Notes: generated from the sequence alone by a model not told the origin. Shown: positions 37,628 to 48,037, counted from the stretch's first letter. The stretch is DNA of 64,000 nucleotides from Candidatus Binatus sp. (GCF_049584895.1 NZ_JBAUYR010000097.1:2921-66920), one strand, 5' to 3'. Program-made: numbers and translations.

Positions 37628-38434
37628 CTAGTGGGCAGGGATGAGTAGCTTCGGCAGATCGCGCAGGTCGGTGAGCTCGATATCTGGTACAGGATGACTC
37701 ACGCTGAGTGTGCGCTTGTAGCGATTGATCCAGATCGTCCCGATGCCGGCGTCGCGAGCGCCGGCGATGTCGCGGTTGAGGCTGTCACCTATCATCACTG
37801 CTTCGTGCGGCGCGACCTTCAGCCGTTCCAATGCCAATTGAAAAATCCTGAGGTCGGGCTTTCCAAATCCGTGATCGCCCGAGATGATGATCGTTTCGAA
37901 AAAGCTGGCGAGGTTGGAGCCGTCGATTTTGGTGCCCTGGATATCGGGCGCGCCGTTGGTGATTAACGCTAGACGAAACTTTTTCTTCAACTCATGCAGA
38001 ACCTGCTCTGACTCGGCAAACACGACGTGGCGGCGGCTTCGATCGATCGCGAAGAATTCCGCGAGCTCCGCGGCGAGGGCTGGGTCGTCGATGCCGACTT
38101 CTTCCAAGGCGCCCGTCCACGAATGCATCCGGTAGGTGGGCATCCAGTTGCGAAGCTGGACGAGCGAAGAATCGTCGCCGGTGAACGAACCCCATAGTGC
38201 TTCGCGCGCGCTGATGCCGATGTCGCGGCAGTAGTCGATCATGGGGCCGCTGAGGAACAGCTCGCGCGAACGCATCCGCAAGGCGGTGAGGAGTGCGACG
38301 CGATCGACGCCGTGGCGCGCCACGGCAATATCGGCAGCGGTCAGCGCAGACGCGTCGTTGGAGGTCTCCTCCTCGATCAGCGTTTCGTCGAGATCGAAAA
38401 TGACGGCGCGGACTTTCATCTGAGGATGCGGCAT
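37628..38434 (-). CDS. HAD-family hydrolase
   Basis: DxD motif VIFDLDETL; later ITNG and GDSLNRDI. Confidence 0.8.
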   Translation of the reverse strand: MPHPQMKVRAVIFDLDETLIEEETSNDASALTAADIAVARHGVDRVALLTALRMRSRELFLSGPMIDYCRDIGISAREALWGSFTGDDSSLVQLRNWMPTYRMHSWTGALEEVGIDDPALAAELAEFFAIDRSRRHVVFAESEQVLHELKKKFRLALITNGAPDIQGTKIDGSNLASFFETIIISGDHGFGKPDLRIFQLALERLKVAPHEAVMIGDSLNRDIAGARDAGIGTIWINRYKRTLSVSHPVPDIELTDLRDLPKLLIPAH

Positions 38435-38437
38435 CGG

Positions 38438-38884
38438 TCACACGCCAAGAATGTCGGCGAGTACGCGGGCCGGATGGTCGCGAGGATCGACCTGGTCGTA
38501 TACCCGCTCGATCGCGCCGTTTTCATCTATCAGGAAACTCACGCGGTCGGGATACCTGGCGTCCCGGCCCGAACAAGCCCCGTAGGCCATCGCGACGGCG
38601 TGATTCGTGTCGCTCAGAAGCGGGAATCCGAATTCGTGGCGGCGGGCGAAAGCCGCATTGTCTTCCGGCGAATCGAAACTCACGCCGACGACGCGGATGT
38701 TGTTCTCGTCGTAGTACGATTGATGGTCGCGAAAGCCGCGACCTTCGAGGGTGCAGCCGGGCGTGTTGGCCTCGACGAAGAACCACAGCAACACTTTGGC
38801 GCTACGAAGACTCGCGAGCGAGAGAGTTGTGCCGTCGTGCGCGGGCAGCGTGAAATCAGGCGCCGGCTCTCCAACTTTGATCAT
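38438..38884 (-). CDS. bcp: Peroxiredoxin (Bcp-type thiol peroxidase)
   Basis: GEPAPDFTLP...VLLWFFVEANTPGCTLE. Confidence 0.85.
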   Translation of the reverse strand: MIKVGEPAPDFTLPAHDGTTLSLASLRSAKVLLWFFVEANTPGCTLEGRGFRDHQSYYDENNIRVVGVSFDSPEDNAAFARRHEFGFPLLSDTNHAVAMAYGACSGRDARYPDRVSFLIDENGAIERVYDQVDPRDHPARVLADILGV

Positions 38885-38918
38885 TTCAATTCAACCCGGT
38901 TCGATTCGCGTCGATGGT

Positions 38919-39440
38919 TCAATTCAACAAGGCGCGGAGTTGCGCCAGCGAAGAAACACAAATTGGATCACCGGGCGCGAATTTTAGCGCGCCTTCGAAC
39001 TCGTCGATCGCCCGCTTCACCATTCCCTTGGCAGCGTAGATGCGGCCCAGATTCATGAACGGAAAGTGACGCGGATCGTAGCGCGGCGCGGTCTTGGCTT
39101 TCTCGAGCCATAGGATCGCCTCATCAAGCTCACCCTTGGCGATAAGATAGGCGCCGATATCGTTGTACGGATTGCCAAAGGCGGGATCGATTTCGATGGC
39201 TCGATGGCATTCGGCGATAGCGTCGTCGATGCGGCCCATTCCCTCGAACGCCCATCCCCGAAAGGTGTAGGCCTCCGCAGTAGGGAAGACCTCAATCGAT
39301 TTTGTGTAGAGCTCGACGGCGCGATCGAGATCGTGGTTCATGTGAAAGCGCATCGCCTCGTTCCACAACTCGAGGGCCCGCCTGCGCGGTTCCGAATCAG
39401 CCATGATCCGATCGGTATTGTGCCGATCCGCCCGGGTCAA
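38919..39440 (-). CDS. TPR-repeat protein at the distal end of the tad operon (TadD-like position)
   Basis: Three to four TPR units. It lies directly downstream of tadC on the same strand. Confidence 0.6.
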   Translation of the reverse strand: MTRADRHNTDRIMADSEPRRRALELWNEAMRFHMNHDLDRAVELYTKSIEVFPTAEAYTFRGWAFEGMGRIDDAIAECHRAIEIDPAFGNPYNDIGAYLIAKGELDEAILWLEKAKTAPRYDPRHFPFMNLGRIYAAKGMVKRAIDEFEGALKFAPGDPICVSSLAQLRALLN

Positions 39441-39452
39441 GAGCGAGGGTCG

Positions 39453-40400
39453 CTATTGGGTGTGGACGCCGGTGAGGGCGCGCATGATTTGAATCATCGC
39501 GGGGCCGACGATCACAGCCATCATTGCGGGCAGGATGAAGAGCACGAGCGGAAAGAGAATCTTGACGGTGGTTTTTGCGGCGGCTTCTTCGGCGCGGAGC
39601 CGGCGGGTGGTGCGCATCGTGTCCGAGATCGACCGCAGTGCAGGGCCGATTTGCGCGCCAAGCTTTTCGCTTTGCACCAGCGTGGCCGCGAGCGGCCGGA
39701 TGTCTTCGACGGCGGTGCGATCGGCGAAACTCCTGAGCGCCTGGCCCAGCGTGCTGCCGGCAGCGAGCTCGCCGGACACCATCGAGAGTTCGGCCCCTAT
39801 CTCCTGCTTTTGGCGGAGCGATTCGGAGCCGACTATCTTGATCGCTTCGCTGAGGCCGAGGCCGGCTTCGACGCATACAACCAGCAAATCCAAAACGTCG
39901 GAGAGTTGGCTGGCGATTTTATCGCGGCGGCTCCTGGCTCTGCGACCGATGTAGTAGCTCGGGGCGAACGCGCCAACGCCCGCGCCAATCAACATTACTA
40001 TGAGCGGCTTGATGCCGTGGAGACCAAAAGCTATCGAGACCACCATCGCGATAAGCGCGGTTCCGGCAGTCGATGCGAGACGGGCGAAGTGAAAGGTTCG
40101 GACGGCGCTTGACCCCGGAAAGCCGGCGCGAACCAAGGTCTGCGAGAGCTTCTCGCGCTCCGGAGTGTTCATCGCGGGTTCGGGAAGATGTTTAGCGACC
40201 CATCGGAAAAGCGAGTTGGCGAAAGTATCGGAATCCATGTCCACGTTGTCTGGATTTCCGTATGCAACGCGCATCTTGACGCCGATCTCGGCGATGCGAT
40301 CGTCAAACGGGCGATTGATTCCGTAGATGGCGGCGTAAATCGCGACCGAGACTGCACCGAACAAGAGAAACACGGTCAGACTTGCATAGATTGCCGGCAT
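39453..40400 (-). CDS. tadC: Type II secretion system F-family protein, TadC
   Basis: GSPII_F-like domain (...LPDVLDLLVVCVEAGLGLSEAI...) in a TadB/TadC pair. Confidence 0.82.
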   Translation of the reverse strand: MPAIYASLTVFLLFGAVSVAIYAAIYGINRPFDDRIAEIGVKMRVAYGNPDNVDMDSDTFANSLFRWVAKHLPEPAMNTPEREKLSQTLVRAGFPGSSAVRTFHFARLASTAGTALIAMVVSIAFGLHGIKPLIVMLIGAGVGAFAPSYYIGRRARSRRDKIASQLSDVLDLLVVCVEAGLGLSEAIKIVGSESLRQKQEIGAELSMVSGELAAGSTLGQALRSFADRTAVEDIRPLAATLVQSEKLGAQIGPALRSISDTMRTTRRLRAEEAAAKTTVKILFPLVLFILPAMMAVIVGPAMIQIMRALTGVHTQ

Positions 40401-40408
40401 GGCGATCC

Positions 40409-41371
40409 TCAGTACTTCACTTTCAGCAACTTACGAATTGAAAGAAACGCGAGGACGTCGAGCACGGCGGCGACTTCGAGAATCTTCTGGCCACTTGGAT
40501 CGAAGAAGAGCGTGTTGGTGTAGCTTGGCTGAATGACGCTGAAAGCCGCCAGCATTACGATCGGCAGGAACCCGACCGGTATCCCGCTCATTTTGGATTG
40601 AGCGGTGAGAGCCTTGATTTGCTGCTGCAGCCGCTGCCGAGTGCGAACTATTTCCGACAGGCGGCCGAGTATGATCGCCAGCGAGCTGCCGACTTCCGCT
40701 TGTACGCGCACCGCTACTACCAGAAGGCGGAGATCGTCCTGCGGCACGCGCTTGAGCATCTCTTCGAGTGCGCGCGGGAGAGGCAGGCCGAGGCGGCTCT
40801 GTTCGATAGCGGAACGGAATTCGGTTGCAATCGGATCGGCAAACTCCGCCACCACGACTTGCAATCCGCGCAGCAGGGAATGGCCGGCTTCGAGCGACGA
40901 TTTGATCAAATCGAGTGCATAGGGCAGTTGTTTGGCGAATGCCTTGAGACGCCGCTGTCTGCGGATGCGGATATAGACAATCGGTAGACTTCCCATTGCC
41001 GCGCCGATCGCTATCGAGACGAGTTCCCGTCCCCAAATGGCTTCACCCGCAAACAGGCCCGCCGTAAACATCAGCAGGATCACGAGCAGGACGTCGGCGA
41101 TGCGCGCATAGATTCCCGCCTGCCATAAGTTTTCCTCGAGCTTTTGAAGCAGATTGAGCCCGTAAAACCGGGTCAGGAACTCACGCCCAGTCAACCGGCG
41201 AGAATCGGTTTTAGTGATACCGCCTTCGAGGCCGAGGTCCGGACGCGACATGCGTCGCATCACGTTGCGGTTTACGCCGGGACGGACGTCGCGGCGCAAG
41301 AACCATAGCGCGCAGGCAACCAGCACGAAGCCGGCGACGGCAGCCGGGATCTGCAGGTCTTCGCGGTTCAT
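40409..41371 (-). CDS. tadB: Type II secretion system F-family protein, TadB
   Basis: ATG at 41371 overlaps the cpaF stop (ATGA). [24 protein letters not shown]. The longer track ORF (to 41707) is out-of-frame overlap with cpaF. Confidence 0.82.
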   Translation of the reverse strand: MNREDLQIPAAVAGFVLVACALWFLRRDVRPGVNRNVMRRMSRPDLGLEGGITKTDSRRLTGREFLTRFYGLNLLQKLEENLWQAGIYARIADVLLVILLMFTAGLFAGEAIWGRELVSIAIGAAMGSLPIVYIRIRRQRRLKAFAKQLPYALDLIKSSLEAGHSLLRGLQVVVAEFADPIATEFRSAIEQSRLGLPLPRALEEMLKRVPQDDLRLLVVAVRVQAEVGSSLAIILGRLSEIVRTRQRLQQQIKALTAQSKMSGIPVGFLPIVMLAAFSVIQPSYTNTLFFDPSGQKILEVAAVLDVLAFLSIRKLLKVKY

Positions 41372-42750
41372 CGGGCGGCGGTTTTGATGACTTTCGACTC
41401 GGTTTTGTAGCCGGCTGTTTCGAGGCGCTGCGTGTAGGAAGAACGGATGCCGGTGGATTGAAAGGCGCCGTTGATTTTTCCCGCTGCGGTAGTGTCGGCG
41501 CGGACAAATTCGAACAAGTCCTGCATCATAATCATCTCGCCTTCCATGCCGCTGATCTCGGAGATTTTCATGACCTTGCGCGAACCGTCGGACAGGCGGC
41601 TGACGTGAACAATTATGTTGATGGCCGAGGCGATCTGCTGCCGCATCGCGCGCTGCGGAATCGAAACGCCCGACAACAGCATCATCATCTCGAGCCGGCC
41701 CAAGCATTCGCGCGGGCTATTGGCGTGGATGGTTGCGATAGAACCGTCATGGCCAGTGGACATGGCCTGCAACATATCGAAGACTTCCGCGCCGCGAACC
41801 TCGCCGACAACGATTCGGTCGGGGCGCATTCGGAGACAATTCTTGACCAGGTCGCGCTGGGTGACTTCGCCGCGGCCTTCGAGGTTGGACGGCCGCGTCT
41901 CGAGCCGCACCACGTGAGGCTGTTGCAGGGACAGTTCGGCAGAATCCTCGATGGTGACGATACGTTCGTTTTCGGGGACGAACGCGGACAGACAATTGAG
42001 CATCGTGGTCTTGCCCGAGCCGGTACCTCCGCAGACGATTACGTTCAGGCGTGCGCGAACGACGGCGAGCAGAAACTCGACCAGGTCCCAGGTGAGCGCG
42101 TCTCTTTCGACCAGCGCGCCGATGTCGAAGCGATGCTTCCCGAAACGCCGGATTGACAGCGCCGGCCCGTCGAGCGCGAGTGGCGGTATGATGGTGTTGA
42201 TACGCGAGCCGTCGGGCAATCGCGCATCGACCATCGGCGATGATTCGTCGACGCGGCGGCCAACCCGAGAGACGATGCGATCGATGATCAGCATCAGATG
42301 GGCGTCGTCCTGGAAGACCACGTCGGTGCCGTAGAGCTTGCCGCGCTTTTCGACGTAGACCTGGTTGTGGCCGTTGACGAGGATGTCGGTGATTTCGTCG
42401 TCGCGGAGCAGCGGCTCGAGCGGGCCGAGGCCGAGCAGTTCGTTCTTGAGTTCCTCGACCAGCCGGCCGCGGTCGGCGTCGGTCAGCAGACGGCCGTCCT
42501 CGTTAAGGATGTCGTTGATGGCGGCGGTAACCTTGCTGGAAACCATCGCGGGCTCGAGGGTCTCGAGCTTGGAGACGTCGATGGTTTCGAACAGCTTGTT
42601 GTGAACCTTGACCTTCAAGCGGCGCGAGCTATCCGCAATCGCGTCCTTGCGGCGGCGGACGGTCGCGCCGATGAGCGAACCGCCGCCGGAGGCAGTCTCA
42701 GGCGGGCGTCCGCCGGTGCTAACATGCTGGAGCCTGTCAGTCAGTCCCAT
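41368..42750 (-). CDS. cpaF: CpaF/TadA-family pilus assembly ATPase
   Basis: Walker [30 protein letters not shown], and His box ATIHANS. Confidence 0.92.
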   Translation of the reverse strand: MGLTDRLQHVSTGGRPPETASGGGSLIGATVRRRKDAIADSSRRLKVKVHNKLFETIDVSKLETLEPAMVSSKVTAAINDILNEDGRLLTDADRGRLVEELKNELLGLGPLEPLLRDDEITDILVNGHNQVYVEKRGKLYGTDVVFQDDAHLMLIIDRIVSRVGRRVDESSPMVDARLPDGSRINTIIPPLALDGPALSIRRFGKHRFDIGALVERDALTWDLVEFLLAVVRARLNVIVCGGTGSGKTTMLNCLSAFVPENERIVTIEDSAELSLQQPHVVRLETRPSNLEGRGEVTQRDLVKNCLRMRPDRIVVGEVRGAEVFDMLQAMSTGHDGSIATIHANSPRECLGRLEMMMLLSGVSIPQRAMRQQIASAINIIVHVSRLSDGSRKVMKISEISGMEGEMIMMQDLFEFVRADTTAAGKINGAFQSTGIRSSYTQRLETAGYKTESKVIKTAAR

Positions 42751-42760
42751 CTTGCATACC

Positions 42761-43990
42761 TCATCGACTTTGATGCGTGACGAAGGCGGATTTGAGCCGC
42801 GAGATGAATGTTTCAGGCAGCGCAGCCTGTTCCGTATGCGGCATTACGAGAGCGGCCAGATCGAGCATCGCGCGCGCGACGGCGGACGATGGCGCGACCT
42901 GGAAGAGGTCCTGCGCTTTCATCTCGATCGTTTCGAAGGTGCGATCGTCGGCCGGAATCCTGGCGTAGATGGGCTTGGCGAGAGTCGATTCGATGGCCTT
43001 TTCGGTCAACGGATGCGACGGCCGGTAGCGATCGAGGACGAAGTGCGGCTCGAGCGTAGTCAGCCCCAGGCGCTCGAACAGGTCGATGAATCGCCATGCG
43101 GATCGGGCCGCCGCGATCGACTGATTGAGCACGTAAAACAGGTGGTCGGAGCGCTCCCACGCGGCAACCCCGTTCTCGTCGACGTGGTCGCCGCAATCGA
43201 CGATAACGTAGTCGAACAACTGGCGCGTCAGGTCGAGCACCGTGCCGACCGTAATGTCCGAGACCAGTTCGCCTTCTTCGATTCGCTTGGGCGCGGCCAG
43301 CAGGCAGACGCCTGACGAATGCTTGGTCAAGGCGGATTCGAGCTGGATCGAGTCGAGCTTATGCTCGAGGCGCACCAGCGGCATGATTGTCACTTCGGGA
43401 TCGAGGTTGAGAAAAACCGCGAGACCTCCGGTCTGAAGATCGAGATCGACCAACGCCACGCGCTGATGCAACGACTCGAGCGCCAAAGCGAGGTTGGCAG
43501 CGAGCGAAGTCACCCCGACACCGCCGACCAGGCTGGTGACGGAAATGACGATGCCACCTTCGCGGCGCTCGGTGCGCCAACGGGCCTCGCTTACTTTCAG
43601 CAAGGCGCGGGTGGCCTCGCCAGGGTCGAGTGGGATGAACAGAATTTCGTCGGCGCCGGAGCGCAACGCCCGCTTCATCAGACCGGGTGAGCGCGCGCTC
43701 AACAATGCGAGCAGGGTCGGGCGCGGCGAATGGAGCGACTGGCTTTGGAGAAAGCTCAAGGCGGCTTCCTCGTTGCCGTTGACTATCACCAGGGTTGCGT
43801 CCGGCGGCACGGAGGCATTCTCGGAAAGATTGGCGGCGGTGGCAGCCTCACCCTCGACAATCTCGAGTTGAGGTTCAACCAATCCCGCCAGAACCGCTTT
43901 GAGCTGGGTGCGTTCGTCGCCGGGATCGCCGACTAGCATGACTTTCATCGAGCTGCGACGACTCTCGCCGTTTGAACCGTTAAATGGCAC
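42761..43990 (-). CDS. cpaE: CpaE/TadZ-like protein (receiver-like N-domain plus MinD/ParA-type ATPase domain)
   Basis: MKVMLVGD... N-terminal region, and a deviant P-loop region [16 protein letters not shown]. Confidence 0.8.
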   Translation of the reverse strand: MPFNGSNGESRRSSMKVMLVGDPGDERTQLKAVLAGLVEPQLEIVEGEAATAANLSENASVPPDATLVIVNGNEEAALSFLQSQSLHSPRPTLLALLSARSPGLMKRALRSGADEILFIPLDPGEATRALLKVSEARWRTERREGGIVISVTSLVGGVGVTSLAANLALALESLHQRVALVDLDLQTGGLAVFLNLDPEVTIMPLVRLEHKLDSIQLESALTKHSSGVCLLAAPKRIEEGELVSDITVGTVLDLTRQLFDYVIVDCGDHVDENGVAAWERSDHLFYVLNQSIAAARSAWRFIDLFERLGLTTLEPHFVLDRYRPSHPLTEKAIESTLAKPIYARIPADDRTFETIEMKAQDLFQVAPSSAVARAMLDLAALVMPHTEQAALPETFISRLKSAFVTHQSR

Positions 43991-44015
43991 TCACTCTCTC
44001 CCTTGAGTATGCGTT

Positions 44016-45908
44016 CTAGAATCGAGGACGGGCCGCGTCCGGCGGCACGAGGGTCTGGGTCCTGATCTCGTCTGGAGTTAACTCGGAGCGACCGGTGGGC
44101 AGGTATACCTGGCCAGTTGGGGGCAGCGGGCGGACTATCTCGGGCGTCACGCTCATGACGAGGTCGCTTTCCTTGTTCGACCAAGAGGTGTTGCGGAAAA
44201 GACCGGCCAGATAGGGGATGTCTCCCAGATAAGGCACCTTCTGCACCTGAGAGACTTTTTCATGAAGAATCAGCCCGGCGATGATGAGCGTCTGGCGGTC
44301 CTTGAGTCGGGCCATCGTCTCGGCCCGCCGGGTTACGAAGGCCGGAACGGTGAAGCCGAAGAGCTCGACGCCGTGCGTATAATCCGGTTCCGAGACCTCG
44401 GGTTTCACAATCAGCTCGATATCGTCGCGGCCTACGACGGTCGGGATGAACTCGACCGAGGTGCCGAAGGTTTTGAATACGATGGTCGAGTTCAGCGCCT
44501 GGGCAATGACGATGGGTATTTCGCCACCCGATAGGAATTTGGCTTTTTCTCCCGAGTTCGCCAGCAGATGCGGCTCCGCCAGAACTTTGCCGAGGTTGTG
44601 AGTCTCGATAAACTGAAAGAATCCCTGCCATTGAACGTTCGAGTTTCCCGCAGAGAGTCCATAGGTCAGGTTCGGTGACAGCAGCATTGGAATCAACTGG
44701 CCGGGACCGGGCAAGATTCCGCTCGGTGAGGTAGTGCCGGACAACGCTCCTGCCGAAGCCGAGCTCTGAAGAGTGCTGGCTGCGTTGTAGGGCGTGGCGA
44801 CCGCGCCAGGCAGACCGACCAGCGAGATGCCGATTTTGGTGAGCGCGACCGACAGGTCAACTCCCTGGTTCTCGAGTTCAGTGCGGTCGAGTTCGGCTAC
44901 AATAGTGTTGAGCATCACCTGCTGTTTGCCGCTGGCGTCGACTCGAACCGTGCGTTCGTCGTAGCGGCCTTCGGCGTCCCAAATGGCGAGCGTCGTGAAG
45001 CCGGGCTGATGAGCGATTAGATTGAGCTGGAACGGATCGATCACCTGCACATCGGCAATCTTGGAGTCGGCGACGGAAACTCGCGTGATGCGGTGCTGAA
45101 AATCGATTACCTCGGAGGTGCCGATCATGAGCGATACGGCTTCCTCCGGCAGATAGTGCTTTCCGCCGGAGACACTGTCGCTCAGGTATCCCCGGCCTGG
45201 ATCCACGACCGACGGATCGTTTCGATAACGAGCCGTGCTGATTGCGGACGGTGCAACCGATTGGCGCGGCTCATAAGGCTGAGAACCCTTATCCGGCTGA
45301 GGCGGCACATTCCATGAGGCGTCATCATAAGAAATGGGCGCTTTGTCGGCGACCGTCGCGGTGTAAGGTGAAGCTACTGATGGAGTCGCGCGCAGTGAAG
45401 AAATGGTTCCCAACTCCGGCGTTGCAGAGGACGTCGAGGTTGACGGCGCCGCTCCCGGCCGCGAGTTTAGTCCCTCATCGCTAATCGAGGGCGGCGCTTT
45501 GCCGGGGGTAAGCGGCGCGCCGGGTTTGGCAACAGCGAACGCATTGACGTCGTAGCTGACTTCGCGATCCGACCTATTGGTGACGGTAACTATCCAACGC
45601 CCCGCGCCAGCACTCAGCATCGTGAGCTTGCCCGGCGGCGAGTCGTAGCTGACGAAGGCATTTGGATTTTGCTCGACCTTAAACGACGGTTTGGTGCCCG
45701 GTTTGATATCGTTGATCACGTAGGTCTCGCCTGCGTTCATCGAAACCGGCACCCAATCGGACGGGTCTTTTGCCTGCGCCGATACGCTTGCCGCGCTGAC
45801 GATCAGAATCAATCCGGCGGCCGCGAGTAGCCGACAGATTCTTTCTGCCGACAGAATGTTTACGTATCTGTTTTTGCATCTCCTCATGGCCTTTCCCCCT
45901 TTAGCCAC
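44016..45908 (-). CDS. cpaC: Secretin (CpaC/RcpA, type II/III secretion system family)
   Basis: BON/pilus-N domain (ITRVSVADSKIADVQVI), and a C-terminal secretin domain ...GGEIPI...VPYLGDIPYLGALF-like (VPYLGDIPYLAGLFR). Confidence 0.88.
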   Translation of the reverse strand: MAKGGKAMRRCKNRYVNILSAERICRLLAAAGLILIVSAASVSAQAKDPSDWVPVSMNAGETYVINDIKPGTKPSFKVEQNPNAFVSYDSPPGKLTMLSAGAGRWIVTVTNRSDREVSYDVNAFAVAKPGAPLTPGKAPPSISDEGLNSRPGAAPSTSTSSATPELGTISSLRATPSVASPYTATVADKAPISYDDASWNVPPQPDKGSQPYEPRQSVAPSAISTARYRNDPSVVDPGRGYLSDSVSGGKHYLPEEAVSLMIGTSEVIDFQHRITRVSVADSKIADVQVIDPFQLNLIAHQPGFTTLAIWDAEGRYDERTVRVDASGKQQVMLNTIVAELDRTELENQGVDLSVALTKIGISLVGLPGAVATPYNAASTLQSSASAGALSGTTSPSGILPGPGQLIPMLLSPNLTYGLSAGNSNVQWQGFFQFIETHNLGKVLAEPHLLANSGEKAKFLSGGEIPIVIAQALNSTIVFKTFGTSVEFIPTVVGRDDIELIVKPEVSEPDYTHGVELFGFTVPAFVTRRAETMARLKDRQTLIIAGLILHEKVSQVQKVPYLGDIPYLAGLFRNTSWSNKESDLVMSVTPEIVRPLPPTGQVYLPTGRSELTPDEIRTQTLVPPDAARPRF

Positions 45909-45914
45909 CTGCGA

Positions 45915-47054
45915 TCATGGAACCTGATAGGTCTTTGGCGCTGGCACGTAACCCCGATCCCCCGGTCTGAGCGGCGCGACATCGGTCATGGCGTGGCCGT
46001 CGATTGCGTCGCTTCGAACTGCTGCGAATGCACTCGGCGGCGGCTCGGCGAAGCTCGCCGACCAGACCGGCTTCACCGACGAGACTGGAGATTCAGGCGC
46101 ATTATTGTCCGGCTCTGCCGGCGCCGCGGGCATCGGCGGTTCCGAAAGGGCGGGCGTGTCCTGATGGGCCTGGAAAGATGAATGTGTGCCCGCGCCGGAA
46201 TGGACAAAGGAAATCGCCTCTGACGACTTGCCGTCGCGCATCACTTCGATTCGAAAAGCGGTGGGTCCGTGCGCGGGACGAGCGGTCAGACCCGGCGCCG
46301 GTTGTATTTGCATCACGGGCAAGGTTGAGGCGGGTATTCCGCCACCTTCATGGAGCAGATCGGGCAGTCCGATTCCCTTGGTCGCGACGATTTTGGCGTC
46401 GCTGTAATTGCGCATCGCCAGGCGCAGCAGTCCCTCGCGGCTGGCCAGGGTGAGTTTTTCGGCGTCGGGCGGAGTCACCAGCAAGGTGACGACTTTGACC
46501 ACTTCAGGCTGGTCCTTGAGGTGTTCGATTTCCTGCGCGACTGCCAGAACTTCGATGTTCTGCAGAACGATGCGCGAGAATGAAGGCTCGCCCGGACCGG
46601 TGCCCGCAACGGCGACCAGGATGTCGACGCGGGTGTGCGGCGCAACGAAGCCGGCAATGTCCGAGACCTCGTCGACCGGGACCGACATCGCACGCATCCC
46701 GGGTGGAATCAGCAGTGGCATAACGCCGGAGGTTTTTTCGCCCATGAAGAGCTTGCTGGCGACAATCGGTTCATTGGCTTCGAACTCGGTCTTGGCGAAC
46801 GAGTCTGCGATCGCCTGCGGATCGGTGAAACCGCCCTGCGGAACGCTGTCGCGCGACCATCGAACGAGCTTGACGGAATCGGGCTCGAGCTTGGTGCCGA
46901 GCGGAATATCGTTTGCAGCGACGACGATTTCGACGGTTTGGGCCATCGCGCGCTGGACTTCGGACTCGCGTTTTCTGATTGCGGAGAAGACCACAATCGC
47001 GGCCAGCATCGCGCCCAACGCGGCCAGGATTACGAACACTATCGGTCGTTTCAT
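45915..47054 (-). CDS. cpaB: Flp pilus assembly protein CpaB (with a long Pro/Ala-rich C-terminal extension)
   Basis: An N-terminal TM segment, then SAF/CpaB domain AANDIPLGTKLEPDSVKLVRW... Confidence 0.85.
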   Translation of the reverse strand: MKRPIVFVILAALGAMLAAIVVFSAIRKRESEVQRAMAQTVEIVVAANDIPLGTKLEPDSVKLVRWSRDSVPQGGFTDPQAIADSFAKTEFEANEPIVASKLFMGEKTSGVMPLLIPPGMRAMSVPVDEVSDIAGFVAPHTRVDILVAVAGTGPGEPSFSRIVLQNIEVLAVAQEIEHLKDQPEVVKVVTLLVTPPDAEKLTLASREGLLRLAMRNYSDAKIVATKGIGLPDLLHEGGGIPASTLPVMQIQPAPGLTARPAHGPTAFRIEVMRDGKSSEAISFVHSGAGTHSSFQAHQDTPALSEPPMPAAPAEPDNNAPESPVSSVKPVWSASFAEPPPSAFAAVRSDAIDGHAMTDVAPLRPGDRGYVPAPKTYQVP

Positions 47055-47168
47055 CTATGCCCCCTGCTTGGCCCCCGGTTTGCGCGACCAGTCGATCCCG
47101 ACTTTTCAACTGGCCCCCACGCGCAAAATTCAATCGATCGCACTTCCGCCTCAACCTCAGGATTTTGC

Positions 47169-47194
47169 GCGGCGGAGACTTAAGTCTCCGCCGC
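47169..47194 (-). terminator. Perfect 12-bp palindrome GCGGCGGAGACT-TA-AGTCTCCGCCGC between flp and cpaB
   Basis: Read directly from the sequence. It lies 48 nt downstream of the flp-1 stop. There is no U-tract on the transcribed strand, so it is more likely an attenuator or RNA-stabilising hairpin than a classical terminator. Confidence 0.45.
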
Positions 47195-47241
47195 CTGTCC
47201 CACGCGGCTTGTATTCGGCTGCGCAGGGTTGAGGGCTATTC

Positions 47242-47421
47242 TCACGCACCCGTCAGACTCGCGGTCACGTTGGCGATGATCGTGTTGATTCCGCCTTCGA
47301 GGCCCTGGTACGCGATGTAGCCGGCCACCGCGATCGCCGCGATAATCAGCACATACTCAGTCATCGTCTGACCCTTCTGGCTTTCGCGGACGCGACTGAC
47401 GAATTGGTCGAAATATTTCAT
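47242..47421 (-). CDS. flp: Flp-family type IVb pilin, copy 1 (59 aa)
   Basis: MKYFDQFVSRVRESQKGQTMTEYVLIIAAIAVAG... has the Flp G/xxxxEY processing motif. The start was taken at the ATG at 47421. Confidence 0.88.
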   Translation of the reverse strand: MKYFDQFVSRVRESQKGQTMTEYVLIIAAIAVAGYIAYQGLEGGINTIIANVTASLTGA

Positions 47422-47486
47422 CGTCGATGTCCTTCTTTCGCGTTTGCGTCGGCGCATCCGCGACTGGTTTGCGAAAGGCCAGTGGT

Positions 47487-47666
47487 CTACGCACCCTTCA
47501 GGGTGGCGGTCACGTTAGAGATGATCGTGTTGATTCCGCCTTCGAGGCCCTGGTACGCGATGTACCCGGCCACAGCGATGGCCGCGATAATCAGCACATA
47601 CTCAGTCATCGTCTGTCCCTTTTTGCTTTCGCGGACCCGAACCATGAGTTTGTTGATGTAGTTCAT
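47487..47666 (-). CDS. flp: Flp-family type IVb pilin, copy 2 (59 aa; below the ORF-track size cut-off)
   Basis: Own translation: MNYINKLMVRVRESKKGQTMTEYVLIIAAIAVAGYIAYQGLEGGINTIISNVTATLKGA. AAAGGAGGA lies upstream. It is 48/59 identical to copy 1. Confidence 0.85.
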   Translation of the reverse strand: MNYINKLMVRVRESKKGQTMTEYVLIIAAIAVAGYIAYQGLEGGINTIISNVTATLKGA

Positions 47667-47849
47667 TTTTGATGTCCTCCTTTGCGCGTTTAGTCAGCGC
47701 AATCGATTTGTTTCACACCAGCCGGACAGTTAATCGAACCGGATGTGTTGCCTGCCGAACTGACTTGATTTCTGCGACAACCCCTCTTGTCCAAGTTCAA
47801 CCTGCGCTCGGTTCAGTATTCAGCTGCGTGCCTTGCTGTGAGTCTTAGG

Positions 47850-47865
47850 TGCACCACTTGTGCCA
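47850..47865 (-). promoter_or_regulatory. Candidate sigma-54 (-24/-12) promoter TGGCAC-AAGTG-GTGCA upstream of the flp genes
   Basis: The minus strand reads TGGCACAAGTGGTGCA against consensus TGGCACG-N4-TTGCW, with correct GG-N10-GC spacing. It lies ~185 nt upstream of the flp-2 ATG. Confidence 0.5.
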
Positions 47866-48037
47866 GCAGCCGATGCGAGCGAAAGACCGCATAGCCACGC
47901 AGGGCAAATCGTAAACGAGCCAATCTGACACCGCTGGTCGCGGCGCGGTACATCGAATGATTCAGTCGCCGGAGCGGCGTTCCATTTCTGGTCTTTTTGG
48001 GTAGGCAATCGGCTGTCTCCTTTGCCATAATCGGGTC

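Noticed and set aside
40409-41707. Long N-terminal extension of tadB in the ORF track
   Set aside because: The extension overlaps cpaF out of frame and is Arg/His junk. The ATG at 41371 gives a normal TadB and an ATGA overlap with cpaF.
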